Positions 1 to 8,243 of a stretch of 39,477 nucleotides of DNA are shown here, piece by piece. Numbering within the stretch: position 1 is the first letter of the stretch; every line of letters begins with the position of its first letter. This stretch comes from Planctomycetales bacterium. GTDB taxonomy: Bacteria > 4484-113. The DNA is taken from contig JBBIJQ010000009.1 in the NCBI GenBank assembly GCA_037445915.1, forward strand, positions 5,977 through 45,453, in the 5' to 3' direction. A model generated the notes under the pieces. The model was not told where the DNA came from and ran no database searches. It saw only the letters and a program-made list of their open reading frames with translations. Made by a program: the position numbers and the translations under genes.

Positions 1-247
1 CAATCGCCACGGGAGCAAGCCCCTTCTTTGCCAGCGTCATCAGCACGACGCAGCCGCCCGAGCTTCCCTTCGTTTCGCGGTAAATCAGCACCTTCCCAGC
101 CAGCGCCGTGCCCTTGTTCGGCGCGACCAGCACCTCGCCGGTGTCCATGTCCACGTCGCCGAGGAATGAAAAGCCGCCAGGGAACACGACAGCCTCTCCT
201 TCCGCGCTTCCGCGCACCACTTTGCGCCCCTTGAACATGCGCGACAT
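1..247 (-). CDS. Aconitase X small (swiveling) subunit, DUF126-like; truncated by the window edge
   Basis: Not in the ORF track. Manual translation from ATG at 247 (overlapping the upstream TGA) gives MSRMFKGRKVVRGSAEGEAVVFPGGFSFLGDVDMDTGEV...LAGKVLIYRETKGSSGGCVVLMTLAKKGLAPVAI, matching DUF126 motifs (SFLGxVD, GKVL, KGS). Lies next to the AcnX large subunit. Confidence 0.85.
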   Translation of the reverse strand, partial: MSRMFKGRKVVRGSAEGEAVVFPGGFSFLGDVDMDTGEVLVAPNKGTALAGKVLIYRETKGSSGGCVVLMTLAKKGLAPVAI

Positions 248-1506
248 CACTCCCACCTCCCGCTGATTGCTGCGCGGATACACGCTTCGGTGTCCACAAG
301 CGCGGTCTTGCAGCCTATGAGGTCGCCGCAGTAGCGCGACATCTTCACGCTGTCGGTGACCATCGCCTCAACGTTCGGCGTCTTCATCCCGTATTCGCGG
401 CAAGTTGATTGGCGCATGTGGCTTTCCACCGGGCAAGTGTCGGCAACGACCAGCGCGCCCGCGCCCTCAATGTCGCGCACATATCCCAGCGCCTCCGCCT
501 GCCGTCGCGTAATGCGGTTCGTGCAGACCCAGAAGCGAACGCCTTCGGCAACCTTCTTCCCGCGCAGCATGTCGGCTGCATAACGCAGTTGCTCTAGTGA
601 ATAATGCGGACAACCCAGCGTCACGAAGTCAACCTGTGCACCGCGCGGGATGGTGTTCATCTTTTCATATACCGTGTCAAGCTCGCGCACGCCGACTTCA
701 TGTATCTCGCGCGGCTGCATTCCCATAAACGCGTCTTCCGCTGTGTCCGCCTCCGGAGTCACGCCGGGGATGTGGAACAGTGTCACCGAGCCGCTGGTCG
801 CCAACGCCGCCCCGAAGCCGATAAGCCAGTCCTGGCGCGGCTTTGGCACGCCTATGATCACCGGCACCTCACCGCCGACGATGCCGCCGATGTGAAAGCC
901 CAGCGCGCACCAAGCGTCGTATGCCTGCAATCGCTCTGCAGGAATCGTAACTTTGAACAAGTGCGTGCCACGACGATTCTCGTCCAGCAAGTATCCCATC
1001 AGCGGGTACTTCCCCGTCACCGCCGTGAAGCGCGTGAATAGGCCGCCGCGGTTCGTGCGCGCGCCCAGCGCGGAGTTGAAGTAGATAATCGCGCTGCTTT
1101 CCACGCTTGCGATAATGCTGCCAAAGTTCGGCGTCCAGCCGAGTAGCTGTGGCGTGCAAGTATAAGTGTCAAGTATGCCCATGCTCGCGTGCGCATGCTC
1201 CACGCGCGCCTGCAATTCCGCCAGCGGCTCCGGTATGCCGGTGCTCAGCGGGCGCTCCAGGTCGCAGCAAAGCGTGGACGTCGTCGTGTCCACGCGCACC
1301 TTCGCGCCGCGCGCCGCGTAATCCACCGCGTCCTCCACGCTTCCTGCGTATATCGCCATCTCCGCGGGATAGTGGCAATACTCCACGTCCGCAAGCTGCT
1401 CCGCGCCGAACGCATCGCCGAACTGCACGAGGCAGTCCATTGCTTCAGCCACGACGTCGCCTTCAGCGCCCACCAGCATATCGCGCTCTTCCCGTGTCAG
1501 CTTCAC
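247..1506 (-). CDS. Aconitase X large (catalytic) subunit, DUF521-like Fe-S dehydratase
   Basis: N-terminal MKLTREERDML; motifs YTCTP, ESSAIIYFNSALGARTN, FGAALATSG, LFHIPGVTPEA, LGCPH, DTC. Confidence 0.9.
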   Translation of the reverse strand: MKLTREERDMLVGAEGDVVAEAMDCLVQFGDAFGAEQLADVEYCHYPAEMAIYAGSVEDAVDYAARGAKVRVDTTTSTLCCDLERPLSTGIPEPLAELQARVEHAHASMGILDTYTCTPQLLGWTPNFGSIIASVESSAIIYFNSALGARTNRGGLFTRFTAVTGKYPLMGYLLDENRRGTHLFKVTIPAERLQAYDAWCALGFHIGGIVGGEVPVIIGVPKPRQDWLIGFGAALATSGSVTLFHIPGVTPEADTAEDAFMGMQPREIHEVGVRELDTVYEKMNTIPRGAQVDFVTLGCPHYSLEQLRYAADMLRGKKVAEGVRFWVCTNRITRRQAEALGYVRDIEGAGALVVADTCPVESHMRQSTCREYGMKTPNVEAMVTDSVKMSRYCGDLIGCKTALVDTEACIRAAISGRWE

Positions 1507-3209
1507 AGCGCAATCGCCTCTCCCAGCGCGGTTTCCGGCACGATGTCCACTATGAGCGCGCTAGGATGCGCCGCGTCGTGGTGGATAACTTGGTGCGCGA
1601 TGCGTGGATGCGTCTCGCTTGCTTGGTCAGTATCGGTGTTGAGGTGGCGGCAGAATTTCGGCACTGCGCTGGAACTCACTTCCAGCCTGATTGAATGCCC
1701 GCGCAGGAAGCGCAGCCCCGTCGCCCACATATCCACGCGCAGCTTATACACTTCACCCGCCTTCAGCCATTCCGCATTTTCAAGTGAATTCCTGAATTCC
1801 GCGCGCTGCACGCCGTCGCAAACCTGTATAGCGCGGCCGTTTGGCCACACGTCAACCAGCTTTGCCGTGAAGTCCGTGCCGGGCGCATCGCTGCTCACGA
1901 ACAGCTCCGCGAACACTCGCCCGCAAATAACGATGTCTTCTTCTAACGGCGGCGTTGTGTAAACAAGCACGTCAGGCCTGCGCTCAATGCTTTGCTGGTC
2001 GCAAGCTTCGCCAAGCTGCAGCGCCACCGGGTCCGTGACGTAGGGCACCGGGTTGTCGGGATTGTATGTGTATTTGTCGGCTGGCTCATTCGCGCTGGGC
2101 GCGTCAATGCTCAAGCTTCCATCGCCAAACAGCGAATTCGCATTGCCGCCGCTGCGCAGGTGATATCGCGTTGTTTTCGCGTCGGGGATTGGCCAGTCGC
2201 TCACGCCGTGCCAACGGTTCTCGCCCATGATGAACACGCGGCAGCGCGGCTCCGGTAGCGCAGAATGCAGTTCGCCCGCAAGATGCTTGGCGAAGAAACG
2301 CAGCATAATCGTATTCAGGTCAATGACCGCCTGCGACCCGAAGTCCAGCTCGCCAACGACGCTGCTCGCGTTCGTCTTGTGCGGCCAGCATCCGACGACC
2401 AGCTCCTGCGCCTCCCGCGCCTCCTGCGTCATCGCCTCGCGCCGCATTCCGGGGAAGTTCTCGTAGGTGCTGATGCCGTCGTCGTCATACCACCCACAGA
2501 TGTGCAGCGTGGGAATGTCCACGCGCGCCCACTTGTCCATGTAGCACACGGCCTTCCACCATTCGTCCTTCGTCGGGTGGTCCAGCCAGCTTTGCCACAC
2601 CGCGCTGTCGTATCCCGCCGCCTTGTCCAGCGTGCGCAGCGGCACATGGTTATAGAGCTGCTGCCAGTTCGGCACGCTCGTGTTCTGGTTGGTGCGCCCG
2701 TGCACCATCATCGCCCACACGACCATGTTCCAAAACACTGCGCCGTTCTGGTAGGGCACATTCACCACCGGGTCGGGCAGCGGCACGATGGGCGCAATGG
2801 CTTTCAGCGCGGGATGCCGGTCATAAGCGAGCATCCACGTACAGTAGCCCTCGTAGCTGCGGCCTGTCACGCCGATGCTGCCGTTGCAAAAATCCTGTAG
2901 CGCAAGCCAGGCGACGGTGTCCACGCCGTCTTCGCGCTCGGTTCTGAACGGCGCCCATTCGCCTTCGCTGTCGTAGCGTCCTCGGCAATCCTGGAACGCA
3001 GTGGCGAAGCCGCGCCGCGTGAACCATAGCAGCCGCTCCAGCCGCGCCGGGTCGCTGTTGCCGTAGGGCGTGCGCGTGAGGATGACCGGCCACGGCCCCT
3101 TGCCGCGCGGGATGAAGATGTCGGTTGAAAGCCGCACGCCGTCGCGCATCGGCGCCATCACGTGCAGCCTCTGTTCAATGTCGTATTTCGCAGTTAAGCT
3201 GGTAATCAT
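1503..3209 (-). CDS. CocE/NonD family hydrolase (peptidase S15-like)
   Basis: MRDGVRLSTDI, RTPY, QDCRGRYDSEG, nucleophile GRSYEG, GWYD, and a PepX-C-like C-terminal domain. Confidence 0.92.
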   Translation of the reverse strand: MITSLTAKYDIEQRLHVMAPMRDGVRLSTDIFIPRGKGPWPVILTRTPYGNSDPARLERLLWFTRRGFATAFQDCRGRYDSEGEWAPFRTEREDGVDTVAWLALQDFCNGSIGVTGRSYEGYCTWMLAYDRHPALKAIAPIVPLPDPVVNVPYQNGAVFWNMVVWAMMVHGRTNQNTSVPNWQQLYNHVPLRTLDKAAGYDSAVWQSWLDHPTKDEWWKAVCYMDKWARVDIPTLHICGWYDDDGISTYENFPGMRREAMTQEAREAQELVVGCWPHKTNASSVVGELDFGSQAVIDLNTIMLRFFAKHLAGELHSALPEPRCRVFIMGENRWHGVSDWPIPDAKTTRYHLRSGGNANSLFGDGSLSIDAPSANEPADKYTYNPDNPVPYVTDPVALQLGEACDQQSIERRPDVLVYTTPPLEEDIVICGRVFAELFVSSDAPGTDFTAKLVDVWPNGRAIQVCDGVQRAEFRNSLENAEWLKAGEVYKLRVDMWATGLRFLRGHSIRLEVSSSAVPKFCRHLNTDTDQASETHPRIAHQVIHHDAAHPSALIVDIVPETALGEAIAL

Positions 3210-3263
3210 TTCCCTGCGCTTATGTTATCACGGACGCGCTTCTTCTCTAATCAACAGCATCCC

Positions 3264-3349
3264 GGGTAGGCGGGACTTTAGTCCCGCTTTGGAGTCTAGG
3301 ATTCTTGCGGCACTGAAGCTAGCCAGCCTTCGGCTGGTGCCGCCTACCC
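3264..3349. repeat. REP-like inverted doublet (GTAGG family)
   Basis: Left arm GGGTAGGCGGGACTTTAGTCCCGC; right arm GCGGCACTGAAG[..]GTGCCGCCTACCC. Each arm is itself a hairpin. Confidence 0.75.
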
Positions 3350-3359
3350 CTCTGAGACC

Positions 3360-3387
3360 TTACTACTTACTACTTTCTACCTTCTAC
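3360..3387 (+). repeat. Heptamer tandem tract
   Basis: TTACTAC TTACTAC TTTCTAC CTTCTAC. Confidence 0.65.
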
Positions 3388-5165
3388 CTCACAATCGTCA
3401 CCACCGCGCCGCTAGCGTCCTTCTCCGCCGTGAACGGACGCGCGCTTATCCCTTCGCCGGTTATGCGGTAAAGCCGGTCGGGATGCGCCGCGAAGCTCAT
3501 ACCGCCAGTGGCGGTGCGCTCGCAGGTGACATCCTTCCACCCGTCGTTCGTGTATAGCTGAAGCGTATATGTTTTGTCGGGCACGAACTCGCCCAGCGCG
3601 CATTTCGCGTCCAGTGCAGCCGTAAACGCTTCGCCATTTTCACTTCCCGGCGCGCCCATGTTCAGCCAGCGCACGCTGCCGTCGGTGCGCACGTCCGCAA
3701 TGCGGTCGGCGTCTCCCGGCACGCGCACCAGCAGCGCGAAGTTCAGGCGGCATCCCACGTCGTTGAAGACGACCTTGCCGTCCTTGATCGGCTCCATCGC
3801 CACCGCGCGCCAGTCGTCGCTGTTCCACACCATCAACTGCGCCTTGTCCTGCGACGTTGACGATGTGTCGAGCTTAATCTGCGTCACCGGCGAGTAGTCT
3901 TTGGTCACGTCTTCCTTGCCGTCCCAAGTTTTCACGTAAACCTTCACGCCGTTGATGCCGTCGCCTGGCACCTCCGCACCGCGCACCCACGTCCACGCAT
4001 GGTTGCCGTCGGCGTGCCCCCACCACGGCGTGTAGGCCTGGCACGCGGGGATGCCCAGCGTCCACAGCATGATGTTCAGCACGTTGCTGCAGTCCTCGCA
4101 GCGCCCCTCGTGCACCGTGAGCGACGTGAGCATGCCGAAATCCTCCCACGTCGTGTCGCCCTCGTATTGGAAGTAATCGCCGTAAGCGTGCGATGCAATC
4201 TCTTGCGCCTTCGGCATATCATCGCGCGTGAAGTTCACCACCTCGGGTGCGAGCGCATCCCACATGTGTCGGCGCCAGCGCTGGAGCGGCTCGCCGCTGC
4301 CCCTCGGCGACAGCACGAATTGCAGGAAGTCGTAGTCCGACGCCGCATGCCCCCACGGCAGCTCCTCGCGCGCCTTCACCGCGTAGAGCACGTTTTCGTA
4401 GAACTGCTGCGCCTGCACGGCCTGCAGGTCGGGCACGTCGTATTGCCGCGTCTCGCGGTTGAAGCTCATCTTGTCCATGCGCGAGATGAGCCATATCGCC
4501 GCCCAGCAGTTCACCCCCGCATGCGGCGACTCGGAAAGCGCCCCCAGCGCCCGCGCAAGCGCATCGGTATTGGTCTTCGGCGCGGTGTAATTCGCATACG
4601 CGCGCGACACTGTTTCGCCGTCCAGGCTGATGCGGCGCTGTCCAAGTATCAGCGATACCGCATTCACGAATACCTTGTTCGTGTCAACGTAATCCTTCGC
4701 TAGCCAGCGCTGCAACTCCTCCGCAGGCCGTGTGGTATATGACGCGTCCGAATACAGCCGCCGTAGCACGCGCTCGCGCGATGCGTTAAGGAGCTGGTCG
4801 TTGCGCATCTTCCCGTTGCGGAAGTGGATGGCGTGCATCCCGTCGGGGCACCTCACCAGCACGAAGAGCTTGTTCGCCGCGAACTTGTCTATCTGCCCCG
4901 ATTCCCACTCCACCTTGCGGATGTCGGCGATGATGGCGTCGGGCACGCGCAGAATCTCCACCGCGCTGTCAATCCTCATGTCCATCGGGTCAGCGCCTGG
5001 GAAGTACTTGTCCACGAGATACTGGCGAGCTTCCAGCGGTAAGCCCCGCATGTCTGGCGTCGGCGCAGGCGAAGATAACGTTTCATCCTGCGCATCCGCG
5101 ATGAAAGCGATGGGTATCGTCAGCAGTATGACAAACAGCCAGATTGCGGCATGCGTCTTCCGCAT
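3384..5165 (-). CDS. Secreted transglutaminase-like domain protein
   Basis: Signal-peptide-like MRKTHAAIWLFV...ADA; GRCEDCS and DGNHAWTW Cys/His motifs. Start moved to 5165 because of an upstream GGAG SD and TATACT box. Confidence 0.7.
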   Translation of the reverse strand: MRKTHAAIWLFVILLTIPIAFIADAQDETLSSPAPTPDMRGLPLEARQYLVDKYFPGADPMDMRIDSAVEILRVPDAIIADIRKVEWESGQIDKFAANKLFVLVRCPDGMHAIHFRNGKMRNDQLLNASRERVLRRLYSDASYTTRPAEELQRWLAKDYVDTNKVFVNAVSLILGQRRISLDGETVSRAYANYTAPKTNTDALARALGALSESPHAGVNCWAAIWLISRMDKMSFNRETRQYDVPDLQAVQAQQFYENVLYAVKAREELPWGHAASDYDFLQFVLSPRGSGEPLQRWRRHMWDALAPEVVNFTRDDMPKAQEIASHAYGDYFQYEGDTTWEDFGMLTSLTVHEGRCEDCSNVLNIMLWTLGIPACQAYTPWWGHADGNHAWTWVRGAEVPGDGINGVKVYVKTWDGKEDVTKDYSPVTQIKLDTSSTSQDKAQLMVWNSDDWRAVAMEPIKDGKVVFNDVGCRLNFALLVRVPGDADRIADVRTDGSVRWLNMGAPGSENGEAFTAALDAKCALGEFVPDKTYTLQLYTNDGWKDVTCERTATGGMSFAAHPDRLYRITGEGISARPFTAEKDASGAVVTIVR

Positions 5166-5261
5166 GGAAAGCTCCAGTGATGAAGGTACTATGAGTATAA
5201 AGCAAATCAACAATGAGTGCGCAGGGCTAACCAGCCCAGCTCTGGAATCTCTTGCTTATTG

Positions 5262-5338
5262 AATGGACGGGGACGCGACTTTCTAGTCGCGTTCTGAAAT
5301 TCCGGATTCGGGACTGGAAAGTCCCGACTCCATCCATT
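5262..5338. repeat. REP-like inverted doublet (second family)
   Basis: AATGGACGGGGACGCGACTTTCTAGTCGCGT ... TCGGGACTGGAAAGTCCCGACTCCATCCATT; a degenerate copy lies at 7955-8025. Confidence 0.75.
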
Positions 5339-5361
5339 AGGGGATGAGCTAGAATAGAGCG

Positions 5362-6153
5362 ATGAGCAATATTAACAAACGCTCCCTCGCCTTCATCACC
5401 GGCGCGAGCAGCGGCATCGGCGCCGCCTTCGCCCGCAGGCTAGCCGCGGACGGCTACGACCTCATCATCCACGGCCGCCGCAAGGAACTGCTGGACGCCC
5501 TCGCCGCCGAGCTGGCACAGAAGCACTGCGCGCGCTGCGAAATCCTCATCGCCGAGCTTTCCGATGATGCGGGCATTGAGGCCGCCGCCAAGCGCGCAGC
5601 CGAAGCCGCCCCCGATATCCTCATCAACAACGCCGGCATCGGCTCCGGCAGCGTTTTCCGCGACCCCGACCTCACGCCGATGCTCCCCATGCTGAGCGTG
5701 AACATGGACGCGGTCGTCCGCATAACACACGCGGCGCTCCCCGCCATGCGCAAGCGCGGCAGCGGCGCGATTCTCAACGTGGCGTCTGTCGCAGGCCTTG
5801 CGCCTTCCGGCGGCAGCGTGCTTTACGGCGCGAGCAAGGCGTTCGTCGTGTTCTTCAGCGAATCGCTGGCGCTCGATCTCGCGGGCAGCGGCATCCGCGT
5901 GCAAGCGCTCTGCCCCGGCCTCACGCACACCGACTTTCATTCGCGCATCGGCCTGGACTACAGCCGCATCCCCGAGTCATACTGGCAAAGCGCGGACTCA
6001 GTCGTCGCCGAATCGCTTGCCTGCCTCGCGCGTGGACGCACCGTCTGCATCACCGGCCGCATCAACCGCCTGATGGTCGCCCTCTACCGCCATCTACCCC
6101 GCGCGTGGTATCGCGCGCTCTACCGCATCGGCACGCGAAAGTTCAAGATTTAA
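5362..6153 (+). CDS. SDR family oxidoreductase
   Basis: TGASSGIG, NNAG, YGASK and PG motifs. Confidence 0.93.
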   Translation: MSNINKRSLAFITGASSGIGAAFARRLAADGYDLIIHGRRKELLDALAAELAQKHCARCEILIAELSDDAGIEAAAKRAAEAAPDILINNAGIGSGSVFRDPDLTPMLPMLSVNMDAVVRITHAALPAMRKRGSGAILNVASVAGLAPSGGSVLYGASKAFVVFFSESLALDLAGSGIRVQALCPGLTHTDFHSRIGLDYSRIPESYWQSADSVVAESLACLARGRTVCITGRINRLMVALYRHLPRAWYRALYRIGTRKFKI

Positions 6154-6161
6154 CAACGCCC

Positions 6162-6186
6162 CGTAGGCCGTGGCTTTAGCCCGGCT
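6162..6186 (+). repeat. REP-like palindrome, left arm of a gene-flanking doublet
   Basis: CGTAGGCCGTGGCTTTAGCCCGGCT; near-inverted copy at 6897-6922. Confidence 0.75.
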
Positions 6187-6226
6187 TCTCTTCGTTTACA
6201 ATATAAGTTCGCAATGCCTGGAGGGA

Positions 6227-6862
6227 ATGATGCCCACAATCGCGAGTAAGATACTTGCCTACCTTCGCGAACACCCAGAAGGAGCTGACGACGACCAGAT
6301 ATCTGATGCCCTCGACATTAAGCCTCGCCAATCAGTTAATCAGACCTGCCGTCGACTCGAAAAAGCAGGAATACTTAGACGTGACAAGTCGGGGAACAAG
6401 ATTACGAATACAGTGCTTGATGTTTCTAATCCACTCGTCAGTAACAAAGAATCACAGCCTACCGATTCTTCCTGGCATACAGAAGCGAATACTCAGAAGT
6501 TGGTCATCGATTGGCTGGAATCTAAAGGATGGAAAATCCTCTCATCAGCTAACACAGCAACGAAAGAGCGAGGGCCAGATATTAGCGCCGAGAAGTCCGG
6601 CACTAAGCTTCTCGTAACAGTTAAAGGATTTCCACAGGGAACGGAAAGAACTCGTCCAAACGTGCAAGCTCGGCATTGGTTCATTCAAGGATTTCACGAC
6701 CTTTTGATATGGCGGGGTGAGGATAGGGAAGTAAAGCTCCTTTATGCGCTTCCTGATTTTCCTCGTTACCATACGATGGCCGAAAGAGTTATTTGGCTAA
6801 AGCCAACAATCGCCTTCGCGTTTTTGTGGGTAAAAGAGGACGGCTCGGTTGTTGAGCAGTAA
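6227..6862 (+). CDS. Winged-HTH plus PD-(D/E)xK-like nuclease-fold protein, low GC
   Basis: N-terminal wHTH (ILAYLREHPEG-ADDDQISDAL-SVNQTCRRLEKAGILRR); C-terminal E..TQ...WLESKGW...GPDISAEK...VTVKGFP...QARHWF. Start at 6227 after GGAGGG SD; TACAAT at 6197-6202. Confidence 0.65.
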   Translation: MMPTIASKILAYLREHPEGADDDQISDALDIKPRQSVNQTCRRLEKAGILRRDKSGNKITNTVLDVSNPLVSNKESQPTDSSWHTEANTQKLVIDWLESKGWKILSSANTATKERGPDISAEKSGTKLLVTVKGFPQGTERTRPNVQARHWFIQGFHDLLIWRGEDREVKLLYALPDFPRYHTMAERVIWLKPTIAFAFLWVKEDGSVVEQ

Positions 6863-6896
6863 GCTCCGACAAAATTCATACGAAATTTGAATCCAC

Positions 6897-6922
6897 AGCC
6901 GGGCTAGTCAGCCCGGCCTACG
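6897..6922 (-). repeat. REP-like palindrome, right arm of a gene-flanking doublet
   Basis: Reverse complement reads CGTAGGCCGGGCTGACTAGCCCGGCT. Confidence 0.75.
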
Positions 6923-6931
6923 TTTCCGAAG

Positions 6932-6966
6932 CTTATCACTTATCCCCTGCCCCCTACCCCTTACTC
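6932..6966 (+). repeat. C-rich heptamer tandem tract (5 units)
   Basis: CTTATCA CTTATCC CCTGCCC CCTACCC CTTACTC. Confidence 0.7.
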
Positions 6967-6993
6967 CTGTTCTTTGCGCTATCATATCTCCCC

Positions 6994-7911
6994 ATGCTGG
7001 CACAAGTTAAGGACTTAGGGAAAGTGATGCGCGCCGCGACCGACGAGCTAGCGCACCACTTCCTCATTGAATACGCGCGCGGGACGCGCGAGCATTTCCA
7101 CGACGGGAATTTCCTCGCGCTTACCGACGACAACGACAGCCCCACACTCATCGCGCTGCTGCGTGGCCCCAGCGTTTTCGCCATCGCGCGCGACAACGCC
7201 GGCTACAAGCGCATCGCCGAAGACCTGTTCCACGAGCGCATTGACTGCGACCCGCCCTGGCCCACCCCTGGCGTCAAGGACGAATGGGAAAACCGCATGT
7301 TCGGGCGTGGCCTGTGGACGAACGCCAGCCCGCTCGTGATGTGGGAGTTCATGGAGGACGCCGGCTTTGAGCAAGACCTCGGCGACCATGACCAGCGCCA
7401 CGCTTACCTTTGGGTGATTGAAGGCGAGCCGCGCTTCGGCGACCTCGTGCAGTTCCCATGCCGCTTAGGTGAAGGCGAAGAGCTGTGGAACGAACTGCGC
7501 CAGGGCGTTCACTACGACCCCGAAGGCGAATACATCAAGATGTGCCTCCAGCGCGGGCCGAGCTTCGTCTGCGAAGTTGATGGGCAGAAGGTTTGCTGGA
7601 GCAACACGCACCTCAACGGCACGATGGGCATGATATTCACTCCTCCTGAGCACCGCCGGCACGGCTACGCTAAATCGCTGGCGGCATTTCAAGTTGACCA
7701 CATGCTCAAGGAGTACGGCGTCGCCTGCGCCCATGTTGTCTCCACGAACATCGCCAGCCAGGGGCTGATGATGTCGCTCAATTCGCGGCGCATCAACGAG
7801 CCGCTGGTCTGGCGTTCCATATACTGGCCCGGCGAGGCTGCAAAAGCCAAGGCACGCTATGACGCGCTGGTGGCGGAGAAGGCAGCCGCCAAGCCGAAAG
7901 AAGCCAACTGA
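6994..7911 (+). CDS. GNAT family N-acetyltransferase (FR47-like C-terminal domain)
   Basis: MGMIFTPPEHRRHGYAK (acetyl-CoA motif A) and VVSTNIASQ. Confidence 0.8.
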   Translation: MLAQVKDLGKVMRAATDELAHHFLIEYARGTREHFHDGNFLALTDDNDSPTLIALLRGPSVFAIARDNAGYKRIAEDLFHERIDCDPPWPTPGVKDEWENRMFGRGLWTNASPLVMWEFMEDAGFEQDLGDHDQRHAYLWVIEGEPRFGDLVQFPCRLGEGEELWNELRQGVHYDPEGEYIKMCLQRGPSFVCEVDGQKVCWSNTHLNGTMGMIFTPPEHRRHGYAKSLAAFQVDHMLKEYGVACAHVVSTNIASQGLMMSLNSRRINEPLVWRSIYWPGEAAKAKARYDALVAEKAAAKPKEAN

Positions 7912-7954
7912 GCCGCTGGCTAGCGCCCAGGATTGGGCGCGAGGATAAGCATGA

Positions 7955-8025
7955 GGACGGCAACGCAACTTTCCAGTCGCGTTTCGAGTTTTCGGATTCG
8001 GGACTGGACAGTTTCAACTCCATTC
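7955..8025. repeat. Degenerate copy of the 5262-5338 doublet
   Basis: GGACGGCAACGCAACTTTCCAGTCGCGT...CGGATTCGGGACTGGACAGTTTCAACTCCATTC. Confidence 0.7.
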
Positions 8026-8060
8026 TTGAACGAAGCTATCCGGTTCTGGATTCTCTCCCA

Positions 8061-8122
8061 GTGGCGCGGGTGTCTCGCCCGTGATTATTCCGCTCCATCC
8101 ACGCCCGTGACAGGCGCGCTAC
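8061..8122. repeat. REP-like inverted doublet (GT[A/G]GC family), followed by a C-rich tract to about 8150
   Basis: GTGGCGCGGGTGTCTCGCCCGTG ... CACGCCCGTGACAGGCGCGCTAC. Confidence 0.65.
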
Positions 8123-8243
8123 TACCCCCTTACCCCTTCCCTCCCCCCCTTGTTTACCTATCCCAAGCGGGATGCTAGACTATATGCATCTGGGGCTGCG
8201 GGGCGTCCCCCCGCAAGCAATTCCGCGGATGGAGGGTTTTAGC

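Noticed and set aside
1-1506. AcnX as evidence of the archaeal mevalonate pathway
   Set aside because: No mevalonate or UbiD/UbiX genes in the window, and dxs is present; not fully excluded without the flanking sequence
6170-6226. N-terminal extensions in the ORF track (also at 5213, 8172, 14677, 18697, 21233, 24949, 26099, 29954, 32514)
   Set aside because: They run through repeats, promoters or neighbouring genes; downstream starts have SD or -10 support and match family N-termini
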